Shown here: piece after piece, positions 13,238-27,194 of the stretch
Position numbering within the stretch: the first letter of the stretch is position 1
Layout: every line of letters starts with the position of its first letter
Assembly (NCBI GenBank): GCA_045837725.1
Contig: JBEWZL010000239.1
Location: forward strand, 496,001 to 560,000
Length of the DNA: 64,000 bases
From: Vermamoeba vermiformis
Taxonomy: Eukaryota
Direction of reading: 5' to 3'
The notes under the pieces: generated by a model
The model's database searches: none
What the model was told of the DNA's origin: nothing
The model's input: only the letters and a program-made list of their open reading frames with translations
Program-made: the position numbers and the translations under genes

Positions 13238-13642
13238 TTATTGTTCAGTTGAACGCGCAATGTAAAATAACAAACTGTTGATGAGCTGCTCTTTGGTTAA
13301 TGTATTTTTTCCAATACTGTCCCGGTTCTCAACTAACCAGTTACTGAATGCTCCTGTTGGATGTAATAACTTGTGGATGGTAGTAACTTGGTGAAGAGCT
13401 TTTTCTGCGGCATGGACTAACTCGTTTGCTTCGTTCAAATCCGTTTTTTTGATTTGCGCGTGCTGAACCTTTCCTAGCATATGGAAGCAAATGGCATCTA
13501 CATCCTCATTTAAGGGCAATTTTTTAAGCCGTCTAGTAATTGAGGCCCATGACACTTGCTCAGCGGGAGTTAGTTGTTTGACTGTATCCACTAGCCCAGT
13601 GATTTGGCCGCAGATCTGGTCGTACTCGCTCAATTCCGTCAT
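13238..13642 (-). CDS. Hypothetical 134-aa helical protein, intronless
   Basis: ATG-initiated ORF filling the gap between the heme oxygenase and GH39 genes; no recognisable motif. Confidence 0.45.
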   Translation of the reverse strand: MTELSEYDQICGQITGLVDTVKQLTPAEQVSWASITRRLKKLPLNEDVDAICFHMLGKVQHAQIKKTDLNEANELVHAAEKALHQVTTIHKLLHPTGAFSNWLVENRDSIGKNTLTKEQLINSLLFYIARSTEQ

Positions 13643-13815
13643 GAACGATCCTAATAATTAGATGTGCTACTTGCTTGTCTGATTTAAAAACAACAACAGT
13701 TGCAGATTTCTCTTTTTTTGCTTGCGGTTTTATGCAGGTCAAAAAAAAATTGATCAGATCAATATGGTTTCAAAAAAGAAGTTTAATACACCACTTGTAT
13801 TAGTATAGCTAGCAA

Positions 13816-15786
13816 TTACATGAATCTGCTCAACAACATGGAAATCAACAGCACGACTGCACAGCCCAGCAACAGACCGTACGTCGCTTTCAATTCGTCT
13901 TGCGGCTTCACTGCGCCAGGCTTGCCACTCGCTTGTGCCATGAACGGGCATTGTCCGCCTATAATACGACATTAGCGTTATTTATAAAGTCAAATTGTCG
14001 CTTAGTAAGATGGATCCGATCCAGTACAAAAATTCTCAACGAAAATTTGAATGTTATTTTGCTTAAAAATAGTGTTTAGTATAAATTGCTTACCTTTGGC
14101 ATCAGCCTGGTTATGGATCTTATTTAAAATTGTTTTGTCTTTCTTAGTGTATTCTTCAAGCAGTTCTCGATCGAACTGTTCAAGTTGAGCTGGATCTAAC
14201 TCGTTCATGACTTCTTGCATCAAGAACATATTGATCTTGAATACTCTATTCGCCTCACGCACTACTCGATCAGCTGTCGCCAGATCCATTCGTAGCGAAT
14301 CCAATTTGGCTCGGTACGCGTTCTTAAACTCCCTTGAAATTGATTATGTTAGCTCAAATTCTATAAAATACATACTATAATATACTAATATAGACTTACT
14401 TTCCATTAGAAATGTTTTTAAAGGTATAAAATTTCGTTCCTAGATCCGGATCGGATGCGTCTTCTTTATCTAACTTCATTGAGCGACGAGCAAGCTTTCT
14501 TAAGATCTAAATATATTATTAGAGCCTGTTGTATCATATATAACAATGAATTGAGCTTACTTGACCACCGCTAAGATCTCCCAAGTACCGCGTGTAAGCA
14601 TGGCTGATCAAAAGTTCCGGTGAAGTGGCGCAAATATCGAGTCTAGGGCGTATATGAGTACATATATATGATTAGGAGTATTATGCGTACAATTGAAGGT
14701 ATTTTTTGGTGACTGGTGAAGGCGAGATCTTCTCATTCCAATTTGCGCCATAAAAAAATTCTAGATCTTTCTTCAAAGACTCTGTTCGGTTCAATTCTAA
14801 GAAAATATTGTTAATGTATATGTTGAAGATACATGGTCAATATTCAGCCTTAAAAGGCCAATTTAGTTTCGAAATTGAATTAACGAATTATAAGATCCGT
14901 TCAAGAAATTTGCTTAATATAGCGTTTACGGCTCAGAGGTACTATAGAAGGTACACTTACCATTAGGGAAGTGAATAGGAGCGACGAATTGATGATCTTT
15001 GTGCTGATCGAGCAGTTGTTCCATGCGGCTGTAGATGTGGTACAAACCAACCAAGAACTTGGCGTACGTTGGTCTATCTACTTCACCTGCAATACAATCG
15101 TAAATATAATGTTTATAATAGGCTATTATAGTGATTACTAACCGTTTTTAAGCTTGGGTACAAAGCTGACAGATTCGGCCAACGAATGCGCTTCTTTGGT
15201 GCCTTGTTTGAGCTCTGCGGCCAAGTGAATACTATTGTATGGTCAATATAGATGTCGTTTACAATATTAAGCGATCGTTTCTTACGGCTCTTCGAGATCT
15301 TCGTTGCCTTCTTTCTCGACGATGGTTTCGTAGTCGGATGCACTGAAAATCATGTCCCAACGACGCGCTTGCAAAGCAGTAATAAGAAGACTGCCATCAG
15401 AGCATACTGTCTTGAAAGGACATCCTATTAAGACAATTAAAAATAAAGTCGATTTTCAGATCCGATGAAAAAATTTACCTTGGGAGAATTGTGGGCACGA
15501 TTTCATATGTTCTATAAAGCCAGTAGGTAATTGCTTAAATGGACATCCTTCCTATGAATATAAAGAGGTATTTTTAGCGCTTGATCTGAAATTTTGAGTT
15601 GTTACGCAAAATCGGGATCTGGCTTACTTGAAAAGCAGGACATTTCGCCCTGAGATCTCTGTGCTCATCGTGTTCAGCAGGGTCATTATTAGACTCACGA
15701 TGATTATGACTGCGGAGGAAATTTCAGTTAATTTTTCAGATCTGCTATTGAAATTACTCTGTAACTTACATTTTTGCGTGGCTCAT
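13816..15786 (-). CDS. HMOX: Heme oxygenase with multiple CP motifs and a C-terminal membrane anchor
   Basis: [14 protein letters not shown] (proximal His), [14 protein letters not shown] signature, [22 protein letters not shown]-terminal GQCPF followed by the TM segment [16 protein letters not shown]. Confidence 0.92.
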
Positions 15787-16401
15787 AGTTTTAAAATTCT
15801 CCATTAATTTTATCGCATCTTCGGATTTAAACGGACACTCTAATAAAAAAAATAATCGAAAATTATTATTTGTTATTCCGAAATCCGCTACGGGTTAATA
15901 ATTCTTACCAGATTGGAATACTGGACACTTATTTACATCGGATGATAATTTTTCGGATGCACCTGCGTAAGGACAACCATCCTGCAAATAGATCGAGTTT
16001 AATTTTGACAGGTCAATGCGGATGTATTTCACATTGTTATGCACACCTTGAATGCGGGACAATTGTCTTTAATGGTTTGCAAGAACTCTGTATTATTGTG
16101 TTGATGTACTTCCATATTGATTTGTGGTGTTCAATCTCGAGCCAAAAAATAATTACCCAAATCAACCGAATGACAACTATTTATGCTCAGAATTAGTACA
16201 CAAGATAATGATCTATATGTGATCATGATTAGAATATTATAGATCATGGTTCTACTGAGCTAAGAGCAGCTGAATTCGTTAAAACGAATCATAATGCTCA
16301 GATCCGGATTTCAGTTCGAATGCTCGATTATTTGAATTCAAGTAACGCGATATTAATATCTTTCAAAACTACCAGTTTTTAGACTTTTAAAATAACACTT
16401 T

Positions 16402-19400
16402 TTACAAGATTCTAAACTCAGCGCGGCCCAAGACTTCATTGACTTTGGTCTTGTTGTCCATAACTTTCTTGCGCAGTTTGTCTTTCTTATTGGCCATGCG
16501 CGCCAAGTACTTGACCATCACCGACACGGTGCTCTTGCTGTTCATCTGGTCTTCAATGCAGCGCAAGTAGATCAGCAGACCCGTGTCAATGCGCGCTGTT
16601 TGTTGACTGTCTTCAATGTCCATCATCTTCGAGAAGAGCTTCAAGAACGGATCAAACTGCATGTAACTCAAGCGCGAGATGCCTTCAGTAAACACGGAGA
16701 AGAACAGCTTGGTCATCGCTTTGTCCTCCCAACACGCGTGCTGGGCAATGCGAACGATGGCACGAGGGTCAATGTCATCGCGGAGGAGTTTGTAGAGCAT
16801 CGTCTGATAGGAAAAGGTGTTAGAATATTGCGTGTGATAAATTACGAGTTTGACACGTGTCACAAAAAAAAAAAGTGTCAAATCGGATCCGTACCTTATT
16901 GAACAACTGTTCGGACTCCTCAGTGGACAAAGTGAGTGGCTTTTCAACGCCAACCAGACTAGGTGGCGGGGTGGTGCTGACCTTCTCTCCAGGCGCGCGA
17001 CACGAGCACACAATGGTCGCAATGATCTCGCCCATGTTGCCGAATCGCGTGGGTCCAGACATGCCTGAAATGATCGTGCGAGGTGCAAAGACCGATTCTT
17101 TAGCCTGTTCTGGCTTTTGAGAGGATGGCGGGCTCGGTGAAAATTCGCCACGTTGCAAGTACAAATCGAACAACTTCGAGATGACCTTTCGGCGCAACAA
17201 GAACTTGCGCTCAGGCATGCCGAGCTTGGCAAACTCGGCAATAACTTGCAAGAATTGATCGGCTGGCTTGCGGTAAGTGAGCTTGAACGAGGTCAACATG
17301 TACTCGATGAACCAGATCACGTAAGAAGCTGGTGGCTTTGACGGGAACTTCTCGCTGATCTGTTTGCGAGTCTGTTTGTAGAGCTTGCGCTCAGAGGGCG
17401 CGAGACTCAACAGCGCATTGACGATGAGTTCGGCATTGGCTGATCGAATGAGCACTGAAGGCAAGTTGACGAGCAGTTCTTGCAACTCATCGGGGTTAGC
17501 CATCAACTTGGTCAAGAGCCACTTGCAAGCCTATTAAGAAGATTCACGATTAGACTTGACACTGTGACAGGTGTCATTAGGCGTGTGGTACTTACATCGT
17601 GATTGAGTTGGTAGAACTTCTTGAGACGATTGATCCACAACGGGAACATGGTCTTCTCGCGTGCTCGTGCGTAAACATCAGTGACAAATCGTGTGGCGAA
17701 TTGAATCATCGCAAATTCAGCGTCGTATTCGCTCTTCGTGAACGGCTTGATCTTCCTCTTGCTCTTTTGCAGCGATTCTTCACGTGACTTTTCAGAACTT
17801 GAGCCCTTGTCCTTCTCGCCCGAGTTATTGTTGTTAGTGTTGTTATTGCTCTCTGGCTTCTTTTCGTCTTTCTCGTCCTTTTTAACATCGTCTTTTTTAA
17901 CGTCGTCCTTCTTGTCATCCTTCTTATCGTCTTTTTTGTCATCCTTTTTGTCGTCTTTCTTTTCATCTTCCTTCCTTGGCGACACGACGTCAGGAGCACC
18001 AGGCTTAGGACCGTCATCTTTCTTATCGTCCTTCTTGTCGTCTTTTTTCTTGTTCTTATCGTCCTTTTTCTTGTCATCTTTTTCTTCCTTCTTGATGACC
18101 TTGACCTTGTCTTCAATCTTCTTGGCTGCGCTCTTGTTGTGAGAGTTGCGGGCTCGGTCAGCGTCGAGGAGATGTTCCGCTTGTGTGATCTCTAGCGGCA
18201 ACTCGTGAGGCTTGGGACTGTACAAATTGACCAAGTTCCAAATGAAGTTGAAGTAGTCTGCATTGAACACGTGTTTCTCCATAATAAACGATCGGTTCTC
18301 GCTCCAAATGTCATTCAAAATTGGCTCAGGGACTTCAGCCTTTTGACCATTCTTCGCGTACTGCAGCAACATCTCGTAAAATCTCGATCGGGACTCGTCA
18401 TTGGCATTGTTGCTATTCACATTGTTGTTGTTCAAAGCCAACTCTTTATCGCCTTCCTTCTCCTCCTTGATGGCCGTCAAATGTTCTTCGTTCTTTGACG
18501 CCACATTGGTATTGTTCTCAGTTGAAACACCTTCATTCTTCATGGCCTCAACGAGTGTGCCGTGAGAGCTAGACTTGCGCAGCTTGGCTTTGCTGGCCTT
18601 GGTCACGGGCACGTTCTCAACAGACTGACTTCGCTTCATGCCTCCTTCGCCCAACAGCAATTCCTTGGGTTGCTTACGCTCGTAAATCAAAATGTAAGCG
18701 TTATTGCTGCGTGTTCTGATTCGCTTTTCACCAGTGGGCTTGTTGTCAGGACCAAGGATCGGGATCTGATCTTCACCTCCGAAACATTCTTCAGGGATCT
18801 GGTTCACGTCGAACGGCAAGACAGTCGTGTCGTTGAACTCGAACCATCGAACTTCTTGTCTGCCTTGGATGGGCATGCGTTCTTTGATGAACGAATAGTA
18901 GTGACCAAAGTCCGTGCTGCCAGTGTGCACGACAACACCTGAGAGTTCGTACTCGTAGTACTCAGTCGGGTGCAACAGATTCACTTCGAGGCTGTCTTGG
19001 GATGTAGCGCCCTTGAGCAGCTCTTTCTTCTCGAGGCCTTCTTTGGTGTAGGGCTCAAGATTGATCGTCATCGGGAAGACGAAGCTCGTGTTCAATTTCT
19101 CGTATCTCATCTTCTCGTAGTCGAATTCGAAGCGCTTCAAGTGCAAGGTCAAGATAGGTGGCAAGTTCTTGACGACACATCGCTTCAACGTGTCAACCGG
19201 CTTTTGACATGTCTCGCAGAAGTACTTGTTGTCACCGGTCAACATTTCTCCTTCGACGAACAGTTCAAAGGACTCTTGCAAGTTCTTCTTGTCCTTCACT
19301 TCAACTCCGATTGTGTAGAACGGCTCGTCAGTCTCTCTTCGGTGACCACATTCAGGGATCAGTTGGTTGCAAAGAGCACCGCCGAAGACGTCCTTGAGAG

Positions 19401-22400
19401 TCTTTTCTTGAGGCAAACCCTTCAACTGGTTCTCGAGCTTGTCGAACAACATGTTGAAGAACTCGTTGGCGTCCATCTGTTGTGAAGTGTTCACGGGCTT
19501 GCCGTTCATGTCCTTGTAGGAGTGACAGAAGTCAATTGTGTCAAAGAACCTCTTCTCGCTTTCTTGGAGATAAGCGAACATGCGTTGCATCTGATACAAC
19601 AGGTTGTCGTTCTTGTTGAGTTCTTTGCCCTTGTCTTCAGCCGATAGAATAGCCTGACGGAATGGAGGGATCAAATACAGCTGTTGAATCAACGAGTTCA
19701 TGTAGCACGTGGCACCTTGGTTCTGAAGACCAACGTAGCCGTGCTTGCTCTTCTCTTTGCGAGCAGGAGCGAAACCAAATTCGTTGCCCAAAGTCACTAA
19801 GAGGGGTTAATACCACAGCATTTACGATCGAGTAAAAATCGACTTACGTGAGCGAAGTTGAAGGTTCAACAAGTCAATGATGTCCTTGAAGTTTTCAGGG
19901 CAATCACGAGCCAATTCGGTGAGCAATCTGAAACAAGCTTGACGGCTGTTCTTTGTCTTGCACTTGGCACCGTAAGGACCGCTCTTGACAGGTGATACGG
20001 GCACTGCAAAGAGGCAGTTGTTCAGCACTTCTTCGAGCAACTTCAACTCAGCACATTGTTGCTTGAAGCTAGAGTCCTTGCGCACAATTGCGTAGATCAA
20101 ATTGATGACACCGATCAACACCTTGTCCTCGTCAGAAACAGATGAAACTTCTACGATCGGGTGATGAATGACTTTGTTGGCAAAGTCAGAGAGCAACTCG
20201 GGTAAATCTTTGCCTTCGTAGTCCTTCATCAAATGCTCCAGTAATTGGAAGTACTGGTCGCAGCCGTCAGCGTACTTCTCAACTTCCTTGAGCACGGACA
20301 ACAACAGCTTGAACAAAAAGGCAGCAGGAGGTTCAGGAACCGCTTGCAACAAGGCCCTATTTGCCTGATTAGCACCCATTTGAAGATCGTGCATTGTTAC
20401 TTACTCTTCCTTCAAGAGTTGCGTGCTGAAGGCTGTAATGCCCTTGGTACCCTCTTCGCGGATCTTAGGCTGAGGTGACTTCAACACGAGGCACGTGAGC
20501 CAAGTCTTCAAGTCAGCGTAGTTGTAGAATGATAACAACAACTCTTTGTCAGACAAGATGCTTGGAACGAGCAATGCCATGGCTTGTTGAACAACGGCAG
20601 CATCATCTTCATTCGAGTTGACGTTGGCAGGTTCTAATAGCGAATTAGTTTGAAGTTAAAAGTCAGGAACAATGCCGTACCAGTTGCCTTGAAAATAATT
20701 CCCATCAATTTCTTGACCAAGTCAGTCATTGAAATGTCGCCCAAAAGGTTCTTGTTCAACACCATGAAGCGTGTCTTGGGATGTTTCTCTAACACTAAGT
20801 GGTTGATGACTTTGAGCAGGTGAGCAAAAGCCTTCTTGACACCAATGTTCCAATCGGCGTCATTGACAGAGAAGAGAAGAGGCAAGACAGGTGTCAGCAC
20901 GCTCTTTTGAATGGCTCCCATATCAGCCTCTTTGTTTCTGATGTTCTTTTCGATCATCGTCTCTGTGATCTGCAAGTTATACACGAGCTTGAACAAGTGC
21001 TTGTCACTGAAGTCAGCGAATGATTGGTCGTCAGCAGAGACTTCAGTCTTGGGAATCAAGTTGAGCAATTGCCACACTTGATAAGCGATATTGTCGTCGG
21101 CATCTAACAACTGATACAAGTTCTTGAAGTACTGTGATTGCGACAAAATTCTGCTCGGGTGGTTGGGGCTGTCCTTCTTAGTCTCCCCGCGGATTTGTGC
21201 CAAGTTGGAGAAGAAAGCAGCAGCGCTCTTGGACTTGCCCTTCTTGTCGTCATCACGCTTCAGGAATGATTTGTACGTTTCACTGACGACACCAATACCA
21301 CTCAGCGAGTGTTGAATGACATCGAGAAGCATTGGCATGAGCGGTGTTCCCTCCTAAAAACGAGTTAGATTTTGTTACAACATGTCAATTATGGCCGTAC
21401 CTCGTAGATGAACTCCTCTCGCTCGACTTTGCGAATAGTAATCTGAGCCTCGTCGGACAATTTGTAGTCAATCAAAGTCTTGTCATCATCACGAAGTTCG
21501 CGGTCGTTAGGACCAACAGTGACGCGCAAGTCATCGCTTTGATCGAACTTGAACAACTCGACGGCCTTCTCTTTGAGGGCTTGCAGGGTGGTGGTCGTGT
21601 TGAAGATGACCAATTGTGGCTGTTTGTTCGGTGCCTTCAATTGAACCTTCAACTGCATGCCGGGCCGTTCACCCTTATTTTGAGCTTTGTTCTTTGATTT
21701 TTGATTATTGTCAGGCTTCTTATCAAAGTTCTCGACGTAGTTCTTGAGAAGTCTCAAAGTACGCTCTAATCGCTGTTTGTTGCCCTCGTTGTCAGGTTGG
21801 CTAGCAGCCTTGTGCAATCGATCCATCGAATCGGCAATGTAGTCCTCGCGCATCTTCGTGGACTTGGACTTTGAGCCCAAGATCTCAAAGTTCTGGTGCA
21901 AACTGTTGAGCGAGTTGATGGCCATCTCAGCGACAGCGTTGTCTTTGTTATCGAGCGCAATGTCCCAAAGAGTTGACATGCCGATAGCATCTGACGCGAC
22001 CAAACACGGAACTTTGTCTTCAAAGCGCTTGATTCTGTTGTTCCTCTCGTTGATGAACACGAAGAATCGCTCAAACACGGTGAAGCCTGCCTTGGTCAAT
22101 ACTGAACAGTCCATCTTGAGCATCTTCTCGAACAAGTGTTGCACGACTGTTTCAGGCAATGTGCCGCCTGAGATAAAGTCCTCGAGCCACTTGAAAGTAA
22201 TCTCCATTTCTTCAGAGCTCAGCGCTTGCGTGATGAACGCATTCCAAAGAGTGTCAATCTAACACGTGTCAGTACGATGGTTAATTATTAAGTAGTAAGT
22301 GGCTTACTTGTTCAGTGTTCATTTGGTCGACAACACTCGAGTTGGCACGCAAATAAGACAAGAAATTCAAGCGGAGTTGGACTTGATCCAAGTGCGTCAA

Positions 22401-25013
22401 GTGCGAGTACTTGGACTTGTCGACGAGGATCTTGTTGACATCGACATGCTTGTTCTTCGCTTGCTCTTTTTGAGCCTTCTCGGTCATAGCCTGCTTGTAT
22501 CGCACAACGTCTTGGAAGAATACCTTCAAGATTTTGTATTTCTGGTCCAACGCTTCGATTGTTGTCGCTCTCTTGCGCTTCTTGGCAGGAAATTCGTCCA
22601 AAATCTTTTGCAACAGTTCAATCGACTGTGGCACCGACTTGCCTTGGTTGATGTTGTTCATGCAGTGGTCCATATAGATTTGTCTACAGAGGAATGGTTA
22701 GCAATGTTATCGATTTTCAAGTGTTCGTACCTTTGAGTGAGACTGTCTTGCAACGCTAACAAAGCGATCAAATTTTCAAATGATTTCTTGGTGACGGTAA
22801 CAGGCACGTCAGTCTCGTCTTGAATCAACTTCCACAACAGCTCCAAACCCAACCACTTCTTGTTAGACTAAAAAGGCGTTAGCGCCATTCAGTATTTCAA
22901 CGTGCGATGACATTACTTACGTTTGCTTTGATCGAAATCTTCGTAAGATTCAAAATCAAGTCGAGTGTTTGCAAATCAAACTGTTCAATAGGTGTGGCTG
23001 AGACACGTTCAAACAAGTAATCGACCTTCTCGACCGACAAGTGTTGCACTAGTTGCGCCAATGACGCGTAAATGATACGCTTGTCGTATTCGTGAATACC
23101 CTAAGGCACATTAATATTTGCTTCGATCGTATTATCAAATGAATGGCGTACCACAGAGATGTCCCAAAGCAATCCAAGCTGTTCTTTAGTCAAGTCGTGA
23201 TGTTGCGACAAGAAAATCAACATGTCAACTCCTTGACGCAGAATTTCAACGTGCGATTTGACCAACTTGAAATAAATATCGATGATTTCGTGCTCTAGCA
23301 GCCAATTCACCACAAATCTAATACGAGACGTTAGATATGAATATAAAATGGTAAAATACTCGTGACCGACGTACTTTGGTTCGACGTGCTTCACGTTCTC
23401 TTCAGCAGCCTTTTCCTTGCCACGCAAAAAGTCGGTGAAAGCAGCACCAAACTTCTTTTCTTCGGGCTTCTTGGTGCGTTCAATGACTTTCTTAATCAAT
23501 TTCAAGGCCTTAAGTCTCTTCTCGAGCATGTCAGTCTTAATCAAAATCAGCGCCATTGACAAATTGAACTGTTCTAGAACTTCAACGACTTGTTCTTCGG
23601 GCATAATGCTCGCCAATAGACCTTTAATCATGCCAATAATTTCAGTGAATAGCGTCTTTTGTTCAACCTGAAAAAATTCAAATTAATTATTGTAACATCA
23701 CTCGGTAGTTAGTCAAAGAATGGACTTACTGAAAGCTCTTGGCCAGTGTACTTCAACATTTGATCGAAAATTGATTTTTGAATTTTTGGAACGATCACTT
23801 TTAAGTAGCTAGGCAAGAAATAGTCTTTCACCTAAAAATTTAAATTTGTTATACGTGTGATTAGCTTGAGACCTATTATCTATTGTAACTTACTGTAGCG
23901 ATAGGCTTCAAAAACATTTTCATATAGAACATGGTGATATTAGGCTCGTTCAATTTTTCAATCAACGCGTCCCACCCACCATTTTGTCCGAAGAAATTAA
24001 TATTCGCCACGTAATACAGCGATGTCAAGTGCTCTCCTTTCTATAATACGACATTAGCAATGCATATTTATGGATTCATATCTTCATACCGGTAATTTAG
24101 CGAATACTTTGTCTTCTTCGCTCTCAGACAAATATAATTTCTTGACAACCTCAGGAATGTCCTCCTTTGAGGGCTTATTGTACCAAGGAAATTTGTGGAA
24201 ATATCTGTTGAGAATATGAACCAAGGCAGCACGATGCTCGCCATCGATATGCTTCATAACAAACATCAACGACTTTTGCAAAAAATCATTAGCCAAGGCG
24301 CGTTCAGGACCATTCATTTCCCTAAAATAAATAATTCGGTGAGTACGATAAAAAATAAACGGATTAATCGAATTCTGTTTGTGATTTTCCGGATGGAATT
24401 TTAGAAGTCGATCCAAAAATAAATTGAACGAGAATATCGATCATAATTCAATTTTCCTTACTTGTTCTGCAAGATGCTTGAGATGCACCCGCCAATCGCT
24501 GTTTTCACAACAAAAGTTTCGTAATCTCCTTGGTAAGTGCCATTGACAGCGTCCTCGAGGTAAGTCAATGCTGATTTAATGTGCTTCAAGCTATTTTCCT
24601 CTGTGAAGAAGGTTAGTATTAGCAAAGGGATTGTAAATTTTGAGTTGATCACGCAAATTATCAATTAAAAAAGAACTTTACTCACCTAATTTTAAGCCGC
24701 TTTCAATCCGTCCCCACTGTCGTTCAAAATCCAGATATCGCTGCTTTTCGAAGTACTCTTTAGTCTTATCGTCAGCCCCGTTTTCCTTTTTTTCGGGCGG
24801 CGAATCTTCTTTTTTCTGCTTATCGTCATCATTATTCTTCTCGTCATTTTTCTTATCATCCCCTTCCTTCTTCTTATCTTCTTCTTGGCTAGATTTTTTC
24901 TTATGTTTTTTGGGTGATTTTGGTTCAACGGACGGGGATGCTGCTGGCTTCAAAGACGCATCCGTTCCATTTTCGTTAGGACGATCTTTATTTTCTGTAT
25001 TTTGATCCGCCAT
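16402..25013 (-). CDS. Large ubiquitin-specific protease of the USP9/USP24/USP34 group
   Basis: Cys box GLQNQGATCYMNS, QQMDANEF, His box HTGSTDFGHYYS, WFEFND; long helical N-terminus and an internal ubiquitin-like segment (LRVTVGPNDRELRDDDKTLIDYKL). Confidence 0.9.
17830..18120 (-). repeat. Coding low-complexity Lys/Asp (KKDD)n repeat inside the USP gene
   Basis: Translation KKDDKKDDKKDD... downstream of the catalytic domain. Confidence 0.85.
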
Positions 25014-25262
25014 GAAGTAGGGAGACACTACTTCAAGGTTTGTTGCTTACAGTCCAAATTTAAAAACTAAAAAGCTATTTTCAGCGAACGAGCGAAAAGA
25101 TATGACCGCCTAAAATTCAACATAACATTTATTCTTTGAAAGCTTTCATTGGTATTCTAGTCACATATAATCTTGTGATTAGAGCGACTCAATGAGCTTA
25201 ACGTTCAATTCAAGTCGTTGATACCTTGCATCTGATTGGCTGGCTAAAAATAGATCCACACG

Positions 25263-26666
25263 TCAAATGAACAACCCGTTTTCAATCTTGTACGGCAAGT
25301 ACGACGCTGAAAAGTACGTGAATGATTCGGCAGTGAGGGCTTGAAGCTCTGCTTTCGTGCCTCGTTCTAGCATGCTTCGAAGTTCTTGGCCCCAGCGAGG
25401 TTTGACGATTTCAAAGAAAGATTTGTACTGCGTGAGTAATTGCTGACACTTCTTGAGCTCGTCTGGCGATGTCTTCATGAGCACTTTAGGGTCTAGATTG
25501 AACTGGAACAGATCTGACGGCAACAGACCTAACCAATTAATGTCTTCACAGGCGTACTTCTCGTTGGTGTAGTTCATCGCCTATACAAATACATGAGATT
25601 ATGGTTAATTTAAATAGCCTTACATTTGATCCAATCGTGTAGGTCAACAGAATTTCAATGCCATGAGGATCTGCATCCATTCTTTCAGTAAGTTAGCAAC
25701 AATTGCTACAAACGAGCATCGCTTACAGCGCTAGTATTGGTACTCTCATATCGCTGAGTTTACGGATGAGCGTGCGCGTTGCGAGGTCTGGGTAGCCCTT
25801 GCCAGTGACCAGAAGGCAGTTGTAACGGATGTGGTACTGCGCGTTGATCACTGAGCCTCATTAGCCATATATATGACATAACTATCTCCTTACACTTCTC
25901 GAATATGCAGTCCTTTTCGATGAGCAGCACGTACTGCACATCCGTCTTGAAGTCACCCGCGCTCTCAATCTCGACTGGAATTGATATAGGTCCCTATCGA
26001 CATTAATACAATTGTAATATATATATATATACTATCCGTACCGCATCTTTAGACCGCTGACAGTCGATTTCGGTGCCATCTTTCGTACGAAAGGACAAAT
26101 TTCCTATCACCAGTCCTTTGGCCGCAGCGAGCTAAATTTATTAGATAGGGAGTTAAGCGATAGTACTACTTACTATATTCAACTCATTGCGTGGCACGCC
26201 AAACATAGCAGCTATATTCTCCAATATAGCGTCAGATTTCTGTTGCTTCTTGAACAAATTGACATCCGTATAATAGATGTCCCTTAGAAGTATCGTTGGT
26301 TACGATCAATATTGTATATCGATTGTACCTTTTTGATATATGTCTATCGTTATTCTTAAGTTGATAAATCATGCTCATGAGCTTCATGTAACGGCCTGCA
26401 ATTTGGTAAGTAAATTCAAAATATTAATTATGCGCATACAATACTCCATAGGGTTCTGTTTGAATGATATCCTCCTCTTCTTTGAACTATTCTTCGCTAC
26501 AATAATTTTTTTGGCCTCATCGTACTGACTACTTTGCGTTTTCCGATCGGTAAACTCGAGATCCCGAACATTCTTTGAAGTTAAAAGCTCCTCGATTATT
26601 TTCTCGATGTCTCCTAGAACGCTTCTTTACGTTAGTTGGATTTGGCGTTTATTCTGCCTACCTCAT
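25263..26666 (-). CDS. SPO11: Meiotic recombination protein Spo11 (TopoVIA family)
   Basis: Spliced: ISKRDIYYTDVNLF (catalytic Tyr), AAAKGLVIG, VLLIEKDCIF, LVTGKGYPDLATR, MDADPHGIEI (Toprim DxD), KAELQAL. Confidence 0.93.
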
Positions 26667-27194
26667 GAAGTGTTCGCAAGAAAATTTTAATTAAATGAAC
26701 AAAAAATACTTATGTGAACAATAAGACAACAAAAATATTGCAAATACAGCAATTAATATCGCCAACATCTCAGTAAATTATCAAGATGTGTTGCAGAATA
26801 AAGCCAGTCAAAATAATATTCGGCACTTTACCGTGCACCAAGAGGTACTGCCCTCGCGCAACAATTGCAACGATTAAACTCCGATTTGCTGACAAAGATT
26901 GGTGTGGAATTTAATTTTGCCACGTGTGCTGCGAAGTTGGCCTGATTGCAACTGAAAAAGCTGGGAGAATTATTTCTCTTTTATTTCCCTTGAAACTCCA
27001 ACACCTTAACACTTGCAGCAATTATTAATCATTCCTGCTTCTGTAGAGAGGTTTGCATCTATCTTAGCAATTCTGCAGTGGATTCACAGGTTAAACTAAT
27101 TTGACATTTTATTATATCGAGGTAAGTCTTCAGATCCACAAACCAACAAATATTTGCAAATCTTAAATTTATAACTAATTAATGCAGTAGAACG

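Noticed and set aside
16208-16247. 10-bp inverted repeat ATGATCTATA/TATAGATCAT
   Set aside because: Short, AT-rich and single-copy, with no TSD; not enough to call a MITE or ncRNA.
17738-18142. Plus-strand ORF with (SSFL)n repeats
   Set aside because: It is the antisense shadow of the KKDD repeat in the USP gene.
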